Positions 39,530 to 52,852 of a DNA stretch of 64,000 nucleotides are shown in pieces. The position numbers and the translations under genes are program-made. The stretch is taken from the NCBI RefSeq assembly GCF_001194135.2, contig NC_068987.1, positions 80,845,893 to 80,909,892 of the forward strand. The letters run 5' to 3'. Each line of letters starts with the position of its first letter. Position 1 is the stretch's first letter. The DNA is from Octopus bimaculoides. Lineage: Eukaryota. Below the pieces are notes generated by a model. That model had not been told where the DNA came from, ran no database searches, and was given only the letters and a program-made list of their open reading frames with translations.

Positions 39530-40328
39530 ATGAATGTATGCCATTGTTCAGTTTATTTCCAGATTTCTTGCCAATAGAGAAAGAACCAATTTCTAAGCGA
39601 GATCCAAAGCTCCTTTATTGAAATATCAACATCAACAACAGGGTATTTTTGTTTGTTTGTATGTATGTATGTATGTATGTATGTATGTATGTATGTATGA
39701 TCGTTGCCAGAGCAGCTGTTTGGCTTCTGTGCCAGTGGCACGTAAATAGCACCATTTGAGCATGATCGTTACCAGCATCGCCTTCCTGGCACGTGAAAAG
39801 ACATTCGAGCGAGGTCATTGCCAGTGCCGCTGGACTGGCTCCTGTGCAGTTGGCACGTAAAATACACCATGTTGAGCGTGGCCATTGCCAGTACTGCCTG
39901 ACTGGCCTTCATGCCGGTGGCACATAAAAGCAACCACTACACTCTTGGAATGGTTGGCGTTAGGAAGGGCATCCAGCTGTAGAAACTCTGCCAAATCAGG
40001 TTGGAGCCTGGTGTAGCCATCTGGTTCACCAGTCCTCAGTCAAATCGTCCAACCCATGCTAGCATGGAAAGCGAACGTTAGATGATGATGATGATGATGA
40101 TATATGTAGATTTATTTTTCTTATTTCTTTTATCTTTTCCTTGTTTCAGGCACCATCTTAGAGGAATATTTTTGTTCTTTTTTCTCAAAGCCTGCTACTT
40201 ATTCTATTGGTCATCTTCACTGAACCGCTATGTTATGGAGACATAAATATACTGATTGCCAAGTAGTGATAAAAAATACACATGCACACACAGACAAACA
40301 CATATATTTATATATTTGTATACAATGA

Positions 40329-40730
40329 GCTTCTTTCAGTTTCTTATTTCTTTATTGCTCACAGGGGGCTAAACATAGAGGGGACAAACAAGGACAGACA
40401 AAGAGATTAAGTCGATTATTGACCCCAGTGCATAACTGGTACTTATTTCATCGACCCTGAAAGGATGAAAGGCAAAGTCGACCTAGGCGGAATTTGAACT
40501 CAGAACGTAACGGCAGGCGAAATACTGCTAAGCATTTTGCCCGGTGTGCTAACATTTCTGCCAGCTCACCGGCTTCTTTCAGTTTCTGTTTAGCAAATCC
40601 ACTCACAAGGCTTTGGTCAGCCCAAGGCTATAGTAGAAGACAGTCGGCCAGGGTGCTATACAGTGGAGCTGAACTCAGAACTATGTATTCAAGAAGCAAA
40701 CTCCTGACGATACAGCTATACCTGCACCTA
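40329..40730 (-). mobile_element. Family B SINE (40345-40571) nested in a family A SINE, with a 16-bp TSD
   Basis: Direct repeat gcttctttcagtttct at 40329-40344 and 40572-40587. Confidence 0.9.
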
Positions 40731-40899
40731 CATGTATTCATGTGTAACTTCAGTAGATATTTGATGTGCATTGTAGATTGCTAGCCAATTCCACGTTGAT
40801 GGTAGTTAGAACAGTTAATAAATTTTCAAAGTAACAGTAAACCTTTGTTATGTAATCATCAATTAAAGAAAGTGACAAATGCAACAGTTTGTGGAAAAG

Positions 40900-41400
40900 T
40901 TGTTGAACCAAACGAAATTCTGTCAGATGTGTTACGGATTTTTCCCTGTGCCAAACTTCTTTTACTAATTACAAATTCAATAATCACTGGAAATGACCTC
41001 CCAGAAGAATAGAGTAAGCTTATAGTTGTAGTAATCCCAGAGGAAGGAAGCAGCTGTCTTTCAGAAAATCAAAAAGGATTACTGTTCATATGCACCGATG
41101 CAAAACTCTTTAATTGAGTGCTGCTTACAAAATGAAGAACAAGACTGGAAGGATTAATTCTATGTTTCTAGTCTGGCTCCAGGCCAAACAGAAATACGAC
41201 TGAACAAATAATACCATTATTAAGAATATGTATTTGATGTATTTGATTTTGTTAATGGAGCAGCAATTGAAGATATCCTAAAGTTCTATGAAGTGTGAAA
41301 CTTATTCATTAACACTATTCTCATTCTCAGCAATGGTAATGGCTTTGTGACATCTTCAGGTATACATCAGGAACTGACAAATTTGCACCTTGACTTTTCA
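40900..41400 (+). pseudogene. Decayed non-LTR (RTE-like) reverse transcriptase fragment
   Basis: Single frame IITGNDLPEE*SKLIVVVIPEEGSSCLSENQKGLLFICTDAKLFN*VLLTK*RTRLEGLILCF*SGSRPNRNTTEQI, matching RT N-terminal motifs (PEEWK..I.PIPKKG....NYRGI.L...AKI.N..L..R...Q.GFRP.RSTTEQI). Confidence 0.75.
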
Positions 41401-42084
41401 TAGCTGTTATGGATTATGTAATTTGTATAGGCACAGGCATGGCTGTGTGGTAAGAAGCTTGATTCCCAACCACATGGTTCTGGGTTCAGTCCCACTGCAT
41501 GACATCTTGAACAAGTGTCTTCTACTATAGCCTCGGGTTGACCAAAGCCTTGTGAGTGGATTTGTTAGATGGAAACTAAAAGCCTCTCATATGTATGTAT
41601 GTGTGAGTGTGTGTGTGTGTGTGTGTGTTTGTCCCCCATCAACACTTGACATATACATGCATGCATATATGTATACATTACACACGCATGCATCATACAT
41701 ACATACATATATACATGCATACATATATATGTAATCCTTTTTATAACAACTGATCTGGAACTAAATCATCATCAACACCATTTAATGTCCCTTTTCAACG
41801 TTGGCATGGGCTGGAGGGCATGACAAGAGTGGTAGCTACAGGACTGCACCAAGCTCTATTGTTTGCTTTGAATGCCAACCAGTTCACAGCGTGCGTAGGG
41901 TGCTTTCTACATGGCAGCGACCCCATTGAGGTTACCAAGTAACTTGCAAGACAAAAGACCCTTCAGTTGAGAGGAGGAGTAGAAGAGAGGGAAATGGCTA
42001 TATACCAGGTAACAGGAGATGTGATAGAGGGAAAGAAACAGATATCTTGATGTTGAAGGGATATAGTTGGAAAAGAGAGAAGAG

Positions 42085-42086
<2 letters not shown>

Positions 42087-42176
<90 letters not shown>
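42087..42176. repeat. Long pure (GA)n microsatellite
   Basis: About 45 GA units. Other long tracts include (AT)n 1586-1648 and 49652-49722, (GT)n 39467-39528, and (AGAT)n at about 51290-51346. Confidence 0.95.
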
Positions 42177-42180
<4 letters not shown>

Positions 42181-43445
42181 AGTAAGAAAGATGTGTCAAG
42201 GTCTGCCCTCGAGTTACGGTGGGAGGATATAAATGAAGGGGTGAGAGAGGGAGATAAAAGGGGATGAGGATGCGGTTAGTGGATATGTAGTATACATAGG
42301 TGCAGGCATGGCTGTGTGGTAAGAAGCTTGCTTCACAGCCACATAGTTCTGGGTTCAGTCCCACTATGTAGTACCTTGGGTATGTGTCTTCTACTATAGG
42401 CTCAGGCTGACCAAAGCTTTGTGAGTGGATTTGGTAGACAGAAAATGAAAGAAGCCCATCATATATATATATGTGTGTGTGTGTATATATTTATATATAT
42501 GTGCATATGATTGCGGTTTCGATTCCCAGACCGGGCGTTGTGAGTGTTTATTGAGCGAAAACACCTAAAGCTCCACGAGGCTCCGGCAGGGGATGGTGGT
42601 GAACCCTGCTGTACTCTTTCACCACAACCTTCTCTCACTCTTTCTTTCTGTTTCTGTTGTGCCTGTAATTCAAAGAGTCAGCCTTGTCACACTGAGTCAC
42701 GCTGAATATCCCCGAGAACTACGTTAAGGGTACACGTGTCTGTGGAGTGCTCAGCCACTTGCACGTTAATTTCACGAGCAGGCTGTTCCGTTGATTGGAT
42801 GGAACCCTCGACGTCGTAAGCAACGGAGTGACAACAATATGTGCATATATGGGTACAGGACATCACCAACAGTAAACAACATGAAATACGAAAAGAAATG
42901 AGTTAAATACGCAAATAATGAGAGAAAAAAAGGGACAAGTAATACAAAGAATGACCCTTCATCAGTTGTTGGCTGTAAATCTACTTCCCATTTCGAACAA
43001 TCAATGACATTTGTGTATGTATGTGTGTGTGTGCGCGTGTGTGTATATNNNNNNNNNNNNNNNNNNNNNNNNNNNNNNNNNNNNNNNNNNNNNNNNNNNN
43101 NNNNNNNNNNNNNNNNNNNNNNNNNNNNNNNNNNNNNNNNNNNNNNNNNNNNNNNNNNNNNNNNNNNNNNNNNNNNNNNNNNNNNNNNNNNNNNNNNNNN
43201 NNNNNACTGCGGCCATGCTGGAACACTGCTTTTAGTCGAGCAAATCGACCCCAGGACTTATTCTCTGGAAGTCTAGTACTTATTCTATCGGTCTCTTTTG
43301 CCAAACTGCTAAGTTACAGGGATGTAAACACACCACCATCGGTTGTCAAGCGATGTTGCGGGGACAAACACAGATACACAAACATACATATATATACGAC
43401 GGGCTTCTTTCAGTTTCTGTCTACCAAATCCACTCACAAGGCTTT

Positions 43446-43481
<36 letters not shown>

Positions 43482-45754
43482 TACACACATTCTTTTTTTT
43501 TTTATTTGTTTCAGTCATTTGACTGCAGCCATGCTGGAGCACCGCCGGTAGTCGAGCAATTCGACCCCAGGACTTACTCTTTCTCATCACCATCACCATT
43601 ATTATTATCATCATCATCATCATCATCATTAGAAGCAGTAATAGTGAGGCAGCAAGCTGGCAGAATCGTTAGCACGCCAGCCAAAATGCTTAGCAGTATT
43701 TTTGCTCATCACTCCGTTCTGAGTTCAAATTCCACCAAGGTTCATTTTGCCTTTCATCATTTTGGGAGCTGATAAAGTAAGTCCAAGTGAAACCTTGGGG
43801 GTCGATGTAATCAACTAGTCCCCTCTCCTAAAATTTCAGATCTTGTGCCTTTAGTAGAATGGATTATTATTAGTAGTAGTGGTGGTAGTAGTAGTAGTTT
43901 GATAAATTATGTTCCAAACATCAGTTTAATATAGAATGTACTTCTCATACATGGAGGACTACACCTTAAGGAGTATCAATATTTAAACTGATTACCAATT
44001 AACGAAAAACGATTAGGTATATTACTAAATCACTCCGAATTCTTGATTATTTGCGAAATTAATTGAAACTTAGGCTGTGCGTTTCATCAGAAATACTGTC
44101 ATGAAAAGATTAAAGGATATAATTCTGACATAAAAGTTAAACACAGCCATTATTTAGAGCTTTTACTAGAAACTAGTAAGCTAAGCTTTATGATCACAAG
44201 AATAATAATCTCCTTAAGCTCACAATGATTTCAGAACAAATCAACAAGTAAAAAAATCTATGTGGTCATTCTATCTGCTGGAAATAGCAGCCAAATCTTT
44301 CTCATGGAAAAGCATATCTAAAATCTTTTAATTGTTTCAGTCAATGGACTGTGGTCATGCTGGGGCACTGCTTTGAAAGGTTTAGTCAAAATAGAGCCTA
44401 GCATATATTTTAAAAGTCTGATACTTATTCTATTAGTCTTTTGCTGAACTGCTAAGTTACAGGGATGTAAGCAAACCAACCTAGTTGACAGGGGAGTAGA
44501 ACAAGCTTAGGCACACACAAACATACATATAAGACAGGCTTTCACACATTTTCCATCTACCAAATTCATTCACAAGGCATTGGAACTGTAGTAGAAGACA
44601 CTTGCTCAAGGTGCCACACAGTAGGACTGAACCTGAAATGATATGGTCACAAAGCTTGCTTTGTGACCACCTAACCCTAATCCTAACCCATGCCTAGCAT
44701 CCTTTTATTCCTAAAACAGGAAGGACACATGAAATAATGCAGTCCAATATTTTAAATGTTTTTTTTTAAATTGATTTTTATCTGTATATAAAAATATATC
44801 CTTAGTTCTGCAATGCTTGTTGTTACTATTGTTGTATTTCTGGTCAGCCTTAAATGAGCAACCAAAGGCATTCCTGCCATGACTATCTCCTCTTTTGTTC
44901 AGAGTATATTTAGGGCTTAGTAACATAGTAAGTGTCCTCAACCCAGGGATGAGAGCAAAGATATTTTTGGTGCCCCACCTTAATTAACAAATATGATAAG
45001 TTGTAGAAAAATGTGCACCCTGTGCACCTACACTTAGAGGTACCCTGCTTTCCACTGACAACCCTTCTGTTACAACTCAATGGACTGCATTATCCAGTGG
45101 AAATTTAAAAGAAAATGAGATTTCAAAATGAGTTATAAAATATATATATCTGAATAAAATACAGTCAATTGCTAGTGGTAAGAAGTTTGCTTCTCAACAC
45201 AGTCTCAGGTTCAGTCCTACTCTGTGGAACCCAGGCAAGACTACAGCCCCAGGCCAATAAAAAAAATGTGAGAGGATTTGGTAGAAGGAAACTGGAAGAA
45301 ACCCAGTGTGTGTGTGTGAGAGAGAGAGACAGAGAGTATGTGCATTTTCTCTATTTGTTACTGTCTCCTTGCCTTGACATTATGTGATAGTTGTAAATGA
45401 GAGTCACTGTCATGCAAGCAGTATCCTTTGTTTCCAATCTTCCATAAAAACAGGTCTGGCCACGGGGAAATATTACCTTACTGGAAATAGGTGAGGGCTG
45501 GCAACAGGGAGAAAATGTAGAAAATACACCTCAACTAATTATGTCCAGCCCTTGCAAGCACATAAAAGTGAACATTAAAATGATAAGAAGGAAATTTCCA
45601 TCAGTCAAAGCTGACCAAGTCCCAGCACATATACGCAGAGGCCTAGGCAAGATTTTTATGAAGACAACTAGCAGTTACTCATGCATGCAATCTCCCTTTT
45701 CCGCCCCATCCGTATTTCTCCAATGGAAAAATTACTCACATTATTTACATAAGA

Positions 45755-46380
45755 TGGATATGTGTCCTCGTCATATTTGTTGTTACCACAACATTTCAGC
45801 TGTTTTACTCTCCAGCCTTCGTCAGGCATCCTGGTAGAATTTTGAACCCAACCCTAGGTTCTCATTCCTAAGGTATTTTTTTGATAATGCTATTATTATT
45901 GAGTGAAAGTGCAGTGCATGCCATCAAAGTGACACTGGGGTAAAATATACGAAGCCCAATATACCCATCATGAGTACCTGTCTGATAAGGGTACACCAGG
46001 CACATGCATCAAAACCATATGTGTGCGACATCGTGATCTCATATCAAAATAAGCAGCACATGACCTCGCAGGTGGGGCCCAATTAGAATTTTCTTCAGGT
46101 TGAGTAGCCCATCCCGCTCAAAAGGTCCCTGAATAAGGTTTGCTTAAGGATGTTGAGCAAAACACCCATGTTTCCAAAAGTGAATTATTCAAACCCCAAA
46201 GAATTCCTTTCAACACACGGCTATGATGCTCCCCCACTACTTCTGCTCATGATCAGAGGTGCACATATTGTCTGCCACCAAGGGACATGCTGAACTGGTT
46301 AAGGTCAAACAACTGACAAGCAAATCTGTGGTATTGAGCAGAATATTTGCTGTAGCCCATCTTTTATACCATATTATTAT
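45755..46380. mobile_element. Composite interspersed repeat with a Penelope-like end bearing a hammerhead-like motif
   Basis: Minus strand 45830-45785 reads gatgcCTGACGAaGGCTGgagagtaaaaCAGCtGAAAtgttgtgg. The element is flanked by (TAT)n. Confidence 0.55.
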
Positions 46381-49269
46381 TATTATTATTATTTATTCAA
46401 GGCACTGCCTGGAATTGAACTTTGAATCTTGGGTTAGTAGCCTGTGCTCTTAACTATTATGCTATATGCCCGTAGAACAGGAAAAATTACTGTCATTGTA
46501 CTGTTACAGTTTGGCACTAGTAACACTGCAGACTTTGCCACCAGATTGCAAAGATCCAGAACATATGAGATAAAATAACTTGTCCAACTGTCTGACAGTT
46601 CCACTTATCAGACAGTGGAACTGCTCTGGATTGGTATTTTTTTATTGACTCTTGAAGGGTGAAATGTGAAGTTGATCTCAGTGAGATTTGAACTTGAAGG
46701 GCAGAGAGTCAAAACAAACACCACAAGGTATTTTATCCAATGTTCTAATAACTTTCCTAATTTACCACCTTTGTCTTTTATCTTCTATTTATTTTAGTCA
46801 TTTGATTGTGGCCATGCTAGGGCACTGATTGAGGTCACAATATTTCTCCTGAACAGGACGCAGTTGGTTGCAGAGTTATTCATTTACAGCTCAGAGAACT
46901 AGAACAAGGTGAAATGAAGGGTTTTGCTCATAAACACTAAGTATCACCCGGTTTGGGGATTGAAACCATGACTTTGTGATTGTGAGTGTAACACCCTAAC
47001 CTCTAAGAAATGTGCCTTCTCTATGAGAAGTATGAACATCACATAAAGTATGTTTTTACTTCACATAAAGTAAAGTCAAAGAGACAACCTGGTACAAGAA
47101 AGTAATTAATGGACGCAGTTTGTTTGCTGATTTCCTCTACTCAATGCCACTTGACTTCACTAAAGATATGTTTAAGTGAAGCCAGGCTTAACAAAATCAA
47201 TCTATCTACGTTATAAGAAAAGTAACAACTTATGATAATAATATGAATCATCTGATATTGGCTTTTGTCATCAACTGTACTTATAGAATTAAAGCAATGA
47301 CAACATATTTCTACTAACAATTCATTGAATAAAATAAGATAAACAGAATAAATTAGATAATTTCATTTCATAATTTCCATGACAATTTTGATTTTGTTTG
47401 ATTCTTTTTTTTTCATCAACTATTCTGGAACATTTCCAAATTTTACACGTAGAAAGGCTATCATTTAATTATCTTCATTTGCATGTACAAAATTTTTGGC
47501 AAATGCTTCAACAATACAGCCGCCATTGAGAGAAGAAAAAGAAAAACAAAAACTCTGGCCATAAAAGATATCTGTAGTAAATAGGTTCAAATATCAAAAT
47601 AAAAATCAATAAAATCTTAGACTTTAATATTGATCTCATTTAGATAGCTTGTTCAATGTAGGATAAATTCTAATGTGTATTCCAGTCAACAGATTTCAAG
47701 AGTGCACTCTGCTAAATAAATTTTCTAAAATAATTTAGGGAGATATTTTATCTCAATGATAAAAACAAAATTAAACAATTGCAGTAATTATTGTTTCTTG
47801 AAAACTAAATAAAAGTTTAAATATCTTATCTAAATTAGAAATATATTTTCAAGACAAACTAATACCATCAAAACTAATCTGATGGTGGCCACTTAGGTGA
47901 TACTAGAAAGTGAAAGTGAAAGTAAAAGGTTAAGCAATCCATATTTCAAAATATTTCAACAATTCTTCAAGGTTAAATAAATCCCTAGCTTCTCAAATCT
48001 GCAGTGACATTGATAAGTTAGAAAGCTTAAGATTATGGCTAACTAATGCTGCAGGCAGTTAATTAGCAGTAACCAAAGGAAACTCAATACAATCAAATTG
48101 ACGCAGATCTGAGGATATAAAAGCTAAAGATAGAAATGGATACTAATAGATATTATAAGAAATGACACGTATGAAGCACTTAAGTCAGGTAGCCACTAGT
48201 CTATAGTAATATCATCAACAATAACTGATTATAGACCTTTATCTATCACAAGAAACCAATACATCAACACTTCACGAAATAAGAGATATCAATAGGTTAT
48301 TTCATTATTTATTTCAGTTTCATTCACTAAAAGCCTGGTGTCATATCAAATTGGAGTGAATCTCTGTTTTCAAGGTACTAACCTGTTTAGATATATCACT
48401 CAATTAACCAAGTAGCTGCTTTAACACAACCACAAGAACCCCTGAGTGTCTTTAATGAAAAAATCAACTTTTGGATTTAATAGAACACATTAATTATCAA
48501 ATCACTGCACCTAATATAGACAAAATTATAATTTAGCATTTCACTTCAGATACAATCTATCTGTATTTTTGATCATTGCTTGATTTGACAATCTTCTAGA
48601 GTTGATAAAAGAAAATACTAATCAAGCACTAGGATAATCATAACTGATTTACTCTTCCTATCTTCAAACCTGAGGCCTTCTAATCATCACCATCATTTAA
48701 CAACCACTTTTCCATGCTTGCATGGGTCATACAGAATTCGGTGAAGCAGATTTTTCAATGACCAGATGCTTTTCCACTGGTTAACTCACACCAGCTTCCA
48801 AGCAAGGTAATATTTTCCCCCATAGTTAAAAAAGATAGTAAAATGTAATTTGAGGTAGATTTGGCTGTTATACCTAGCAGATTGAGTGGTTACAAAGATG
48901 CTCTCTTATTGGTTCATATGTCATTTATTTCAATGCTTTGCAAAATCCACAAGTTAATCATTAGGAATTATTGTCTGTTCAGTTAATAATTAACATTTTT
49001 TTTTTTAGTTATGATTACAAAGTTTGGAGAAGAAGAGACAAGAAATAATTATAACATTGCACAAATTTATTATTCACATCTTAAATATCATGTCTAGAGA
49101 AATATATTTATGAGCCATTTCTGTAAAGTATTACTGGATGTATCAAATACACAGTGATTTGTGTGTGTGTGTGAGCATGTGTATGCATGTGTGTATGAAA
49201 TTGATTCATTTTCATCATTACCTGGTGCTTCACACTGCTGTGCAATCATTCTGGGAGTAAATAAATTCT

Positions 49270-49635
49270 ACCATATGCAATGAATACTTTCCCTCTCATT
49301 TGCATTCCTGTGGCCTGTGTGTTTTTTGTACTCTGTTTATGTTCTGTTTATCATTTTGTCCACGTTTGTTTGTAACGTCCTGTATATGCATCTACATATA
49401 CATGTAGATGAAGGTATGTACATACATGTGCATATATATATGCACATACTCACATATTATTTGTATTATATATATATATATATATAATTTTTTTTTTTCT
49501 CCGTGTTTTTCTCCTTGTCTCCGTATTCTTTCTGTTGAAGAGCGTAGCTCGAAACGTCAAAGACTTTCCGTATTCCCGAGCGTCATACTAATATATACTT
49601 TTGTTATTTACACCACCTGTCCTCGTCTGTTGTTA
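49270..49635 (+). mobile_element. Penelope-like terminal (pLTR) fragment with a minimal hammerhead-like motif at 49527-49563
   Basis: tcttt-CTGTTGA-a-GAGC-gta-GCTC-GAAA-CG-TC-aaaga. Confidence 0.6.
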
Positions 49636-49651
49636 TTTTTTGTATATTCTC

Positions 49652-49728
<77 letters not shown>

Positions 49729-49734
49729 CATACA

Positions 49735-50340
49735 TAGAGGGTGTTTGGGCTTAATTTGATAGTTTGCATAAAAAGAAAAGATAACACAGTATCACATCTA
49801 AAAATGAATAAGAGTATTTTTTAAAAATCGAAAAAATATCAACAAGATCATGGTTTGGAGATAACATTTTACACAAAATAGATGTCCTCAGTTTCTACCG
49901 TGGCCTCAAGACAGCTCTGGAACCAGGAGCATACATTCCTCCCTGTGTCCTTGGGAATAACTCTGAACATCTGCTTGATCTTGGTCACCAGCTCAGCCTT
50001 GGTGATGCTGGTAGAGTGGTTGGTGTGTTTCTCAACTAATTTCCAATAGCATGGGAATTAGGCCAGAAATTGAGACTGATGAAGTCATACAAAATTCTCC
50101 AACAATTGACTTCTGACTGTTTCTGGAAGTATGGCAAGGAGCCAAATCCTGCTGCTACACATGTTGCCTTCCAGCAGCAACCCTCTCTTGTCAGGATTTG
50201 ACTGCAGTCTCAAGCAGCTTGACATAACCATCTGAATCAAACCTAAGGCACTGTTCAAAGATGTGGGGCAGCATGCTGTCACCTTCATGACACTCCACAT
50301 GGTCCTTCCTGCTGGCCACAGCTTTGTAGTCTCCAATGCA
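49735..50340 (-). pseudogene. Tc1/mariner transposase relic (catalytic C-terminal half plus 3' TIR)
   Basis: Minus strand reads PHIFEQCLRFDSDGYVKLLETAVKS, then V*QQDLAPCHTSRNSQK, then WKLVEKHTNHSTSITKAELVTKIKQMFRVIPKDTGRNVCSWFQSCLEATVETEDIYFV*. TIR-like TA-GAGGGTGTTTGGG at 49735. Confidence 0.85.
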
Positions 50341-51286
50341 GCTATCCTTGTTATGAATTACAGCCTTTACAGTATTCACAGAGCACTGAGTAGCAGTCAT
50401 GGTGTCAGCATTTTGATAACAGGTGTGAATACAGGTAGGTTTTTTCTGATATTCACATGGTTTCCAGCCCTCTATATCAGCTAACACTTTTCTCAACTAC
50501 AACTTTAATCCCTATGCTCTCCAACACCAGTGACTGTTCATTAACATGTCAAGCACCTTGCTGAAAAAAAAAGGAGATATAAAAAAATCATCAGATTTAA
50601 CTCAAACACCCTGTATATTCTGATATCTAAATCTGATTCTTATTACTGTTCTGGCTTGTCATTCTCCCTTGGGTAGTTCTACTTAAAATCCTACTTTTCT
50701 TATTTACTTTTGAAGGATTCTTAGAGTGAAAATTGGATGGAATATAAGGTAAAAAGATTTAATATATCTAAATGAAATACTACGAATTTTTGTTTTTTTT
50801 TTGTTTTTTCAATTTTTCTAGAGAGATAACAACAATTGTTTTAACTCCATTGTTCATTTACATCAATATATAATATAATGATAACAGACATTGCAATCAA
50901 TCGATGAGCACATACATTACAAAAAGAGATGACATATTAAAACCAAGGGAAGGGGAGTTTCTATATTAACAAGTATAATAAAACAAAGATGGTACTCCTT
51001 AAGATTAGCTAATCCAAATTTTGAAACAATATAGACAATACCATTTGGAGTGGAATTAATTTTCAAAATCAACTTGTAGTTTCCTACTGAAGCAGCATTC
51101 ATCAGATGTATGCAAACTGCTTTTGAATTCCATTTGAAGCTCTTCACCCACCCTACTTATGTTTCTAGGGAAAGTATTGTTTCTGCTCATTTAGAAGGCA
51201 ATGAGAATGCACTGAAGAGAATCTTCTTTAGTATAATACAACAGTTATACTTAAAGACAGTAAAAAAAAATGTTAAATAAAGAGAC

Positions 51287-51346
<60 letters not shown>

Positions 51347-52133
51347 GGATGGTTGGTTGGTTGGTTGGCTGGATAATGTGATAGATAACTAGATAGATAG
51401 ATAGTATAGACAAACAACTGAGTGACTAGATAGATGCATCTCTGCCACCAATGTTCTGTCAATTTTTTTGTGCTGACTAACATGAGTTAGACCAATGGTT
51501 CTCAAGCACAATTCATATAAGATTTTGTTGTAAAAAATTCATGTGCAATAAATTGCTTATATTTCTACAATACATAAAATATTTTGACAACTTTTTTTTT
51601 TATATAATCCTAAATATCATTTAATTATGAAGAATATAATAGGAATTTTTAAATATTGAATGGGAGGTCTATCAGAATGAAATATGCATCAAAGAGATCC
51701 ATCAGAATGAAATATGAAAAATACAGAAGTCAACTCTTGTCACAAACTTAATTCTTTTGTTACCATATTTCAGTTAAAATATGCCTGTTTTTTGTTTCAG
51801 TAAAATAACTTTGATGTCTGGAACAGAAGTTAACATGGAATTTTGATGGAAGAATTTAATTTAAATCATTTTAAAACTGGAAGTTTGTATCATAAAACCA
51901 GGAGCGGTCTCAAACAGGTTGGTATCAAAAGGGTTCGTAAATTCCAAAGGCTTTTTTGTGGGTGCTTTTCACCAAAGTACCTTGATCTTCTATCCACTCT
52001 ATCGCAGCTGAAAGCAACAGGGGCATTGCTCTCACTCACGTCTACATTTAACAGTATGGATGCCAAGTTCCTTTCTCAATTCAGAGGTATGTACCACTTC
52101 ATTTCCAGGGGAAACTTTGAAAGGTTGTGAATA

Positions 52134-52406
52134 CAGTGGTTCTCAACCATTTTTTGCCAAAGGACACCTTTGATTTTTATTTTACTCTACTGGATACCAG
52201 TAGCCATTTAATGTTTAAAAAATTCCTATTGAATTTTTATAATTAAAATTTATTAGGAGTGGCTGTATGGTATGAAGCTTGCTTCCCAACCACATGGTTC
52301 TGGGTTCAGTCCCACTGTGTGACACCTTGGGCAGGTGCCTTCTACTACAGCCTCGGGCCGACCAAAGCCTTGTGAGTAGAATTGGTAGGCGGAAACTGAA
52401 AGAAGC

Positions 52407-52477
<71 letters not shown>

Positions 52478-52852
52478 GTATGTATTTGAGTGTCTGTGTT
52501 TGTCCCCCCACCCCATCGCTTGATAACCAATGTTGGTGTGTTTACATCCCCATCACTTAGCAAAAAGAGGCCGATAGAATGAGTACTAGGCTTATAAAGA
52601 ATAAGTCCTGGGGTCAATTTGTTCAACTAAAGGCAGTTCTCCAGCATGACTGCAGTCAAATGACTGAAACAAGCAAAAGAATAGAAGAATAATTGTATAA
52701 AAGAATTGTTAAAATATTTTGTGTACTGGAGAAGTATGACCAATTTATTGCACATGAACTTTAAACAAGAAAATCTTATACAGACCCCCGAGTAGTCATA
52801 TGGACCCACAAAGGTGATATGGACCCTCAAGGGTCCTGGTTGAGGACCACTG
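52134..52852. mobile_element. hAT-type MITE containing a nested family A SINE (about 52255-52685)
   Basis: TIRs CAGTGGTTCTCAACC and GGTTGAGGACCACTG (14/15 match). The flanks do not form a matching 8-bp TSD. Confidence 0.75.

Noticed and set aside
42900-43000. CTGATGAAGGG box on the minus strand in a Penelope-like end
   Set aside because: No downstream GAAA or stem II partner is visible, so a hammerhead cannot be drawn.
43206-43580. Local duplication of the family A 3' domain next to a gap
   Set aside because: Likely two SINE fragments or an assembly artefact.
44668-44690. Telomere-like CCTAACCCTAATCCTAACCC
   Set aside because: Only about 3 imperfect units, at a SINE end.
49222-49250. Possible 29-nt microexon on the minus strand (cccAG|AATGATT...CACCAG|GTAATG)
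   Set aside because: No homology, incompatible with the phase 0 TCEANC2 acceptor, and adjacent to a Penelope-like fragment. Cannot be supported without RNA data.
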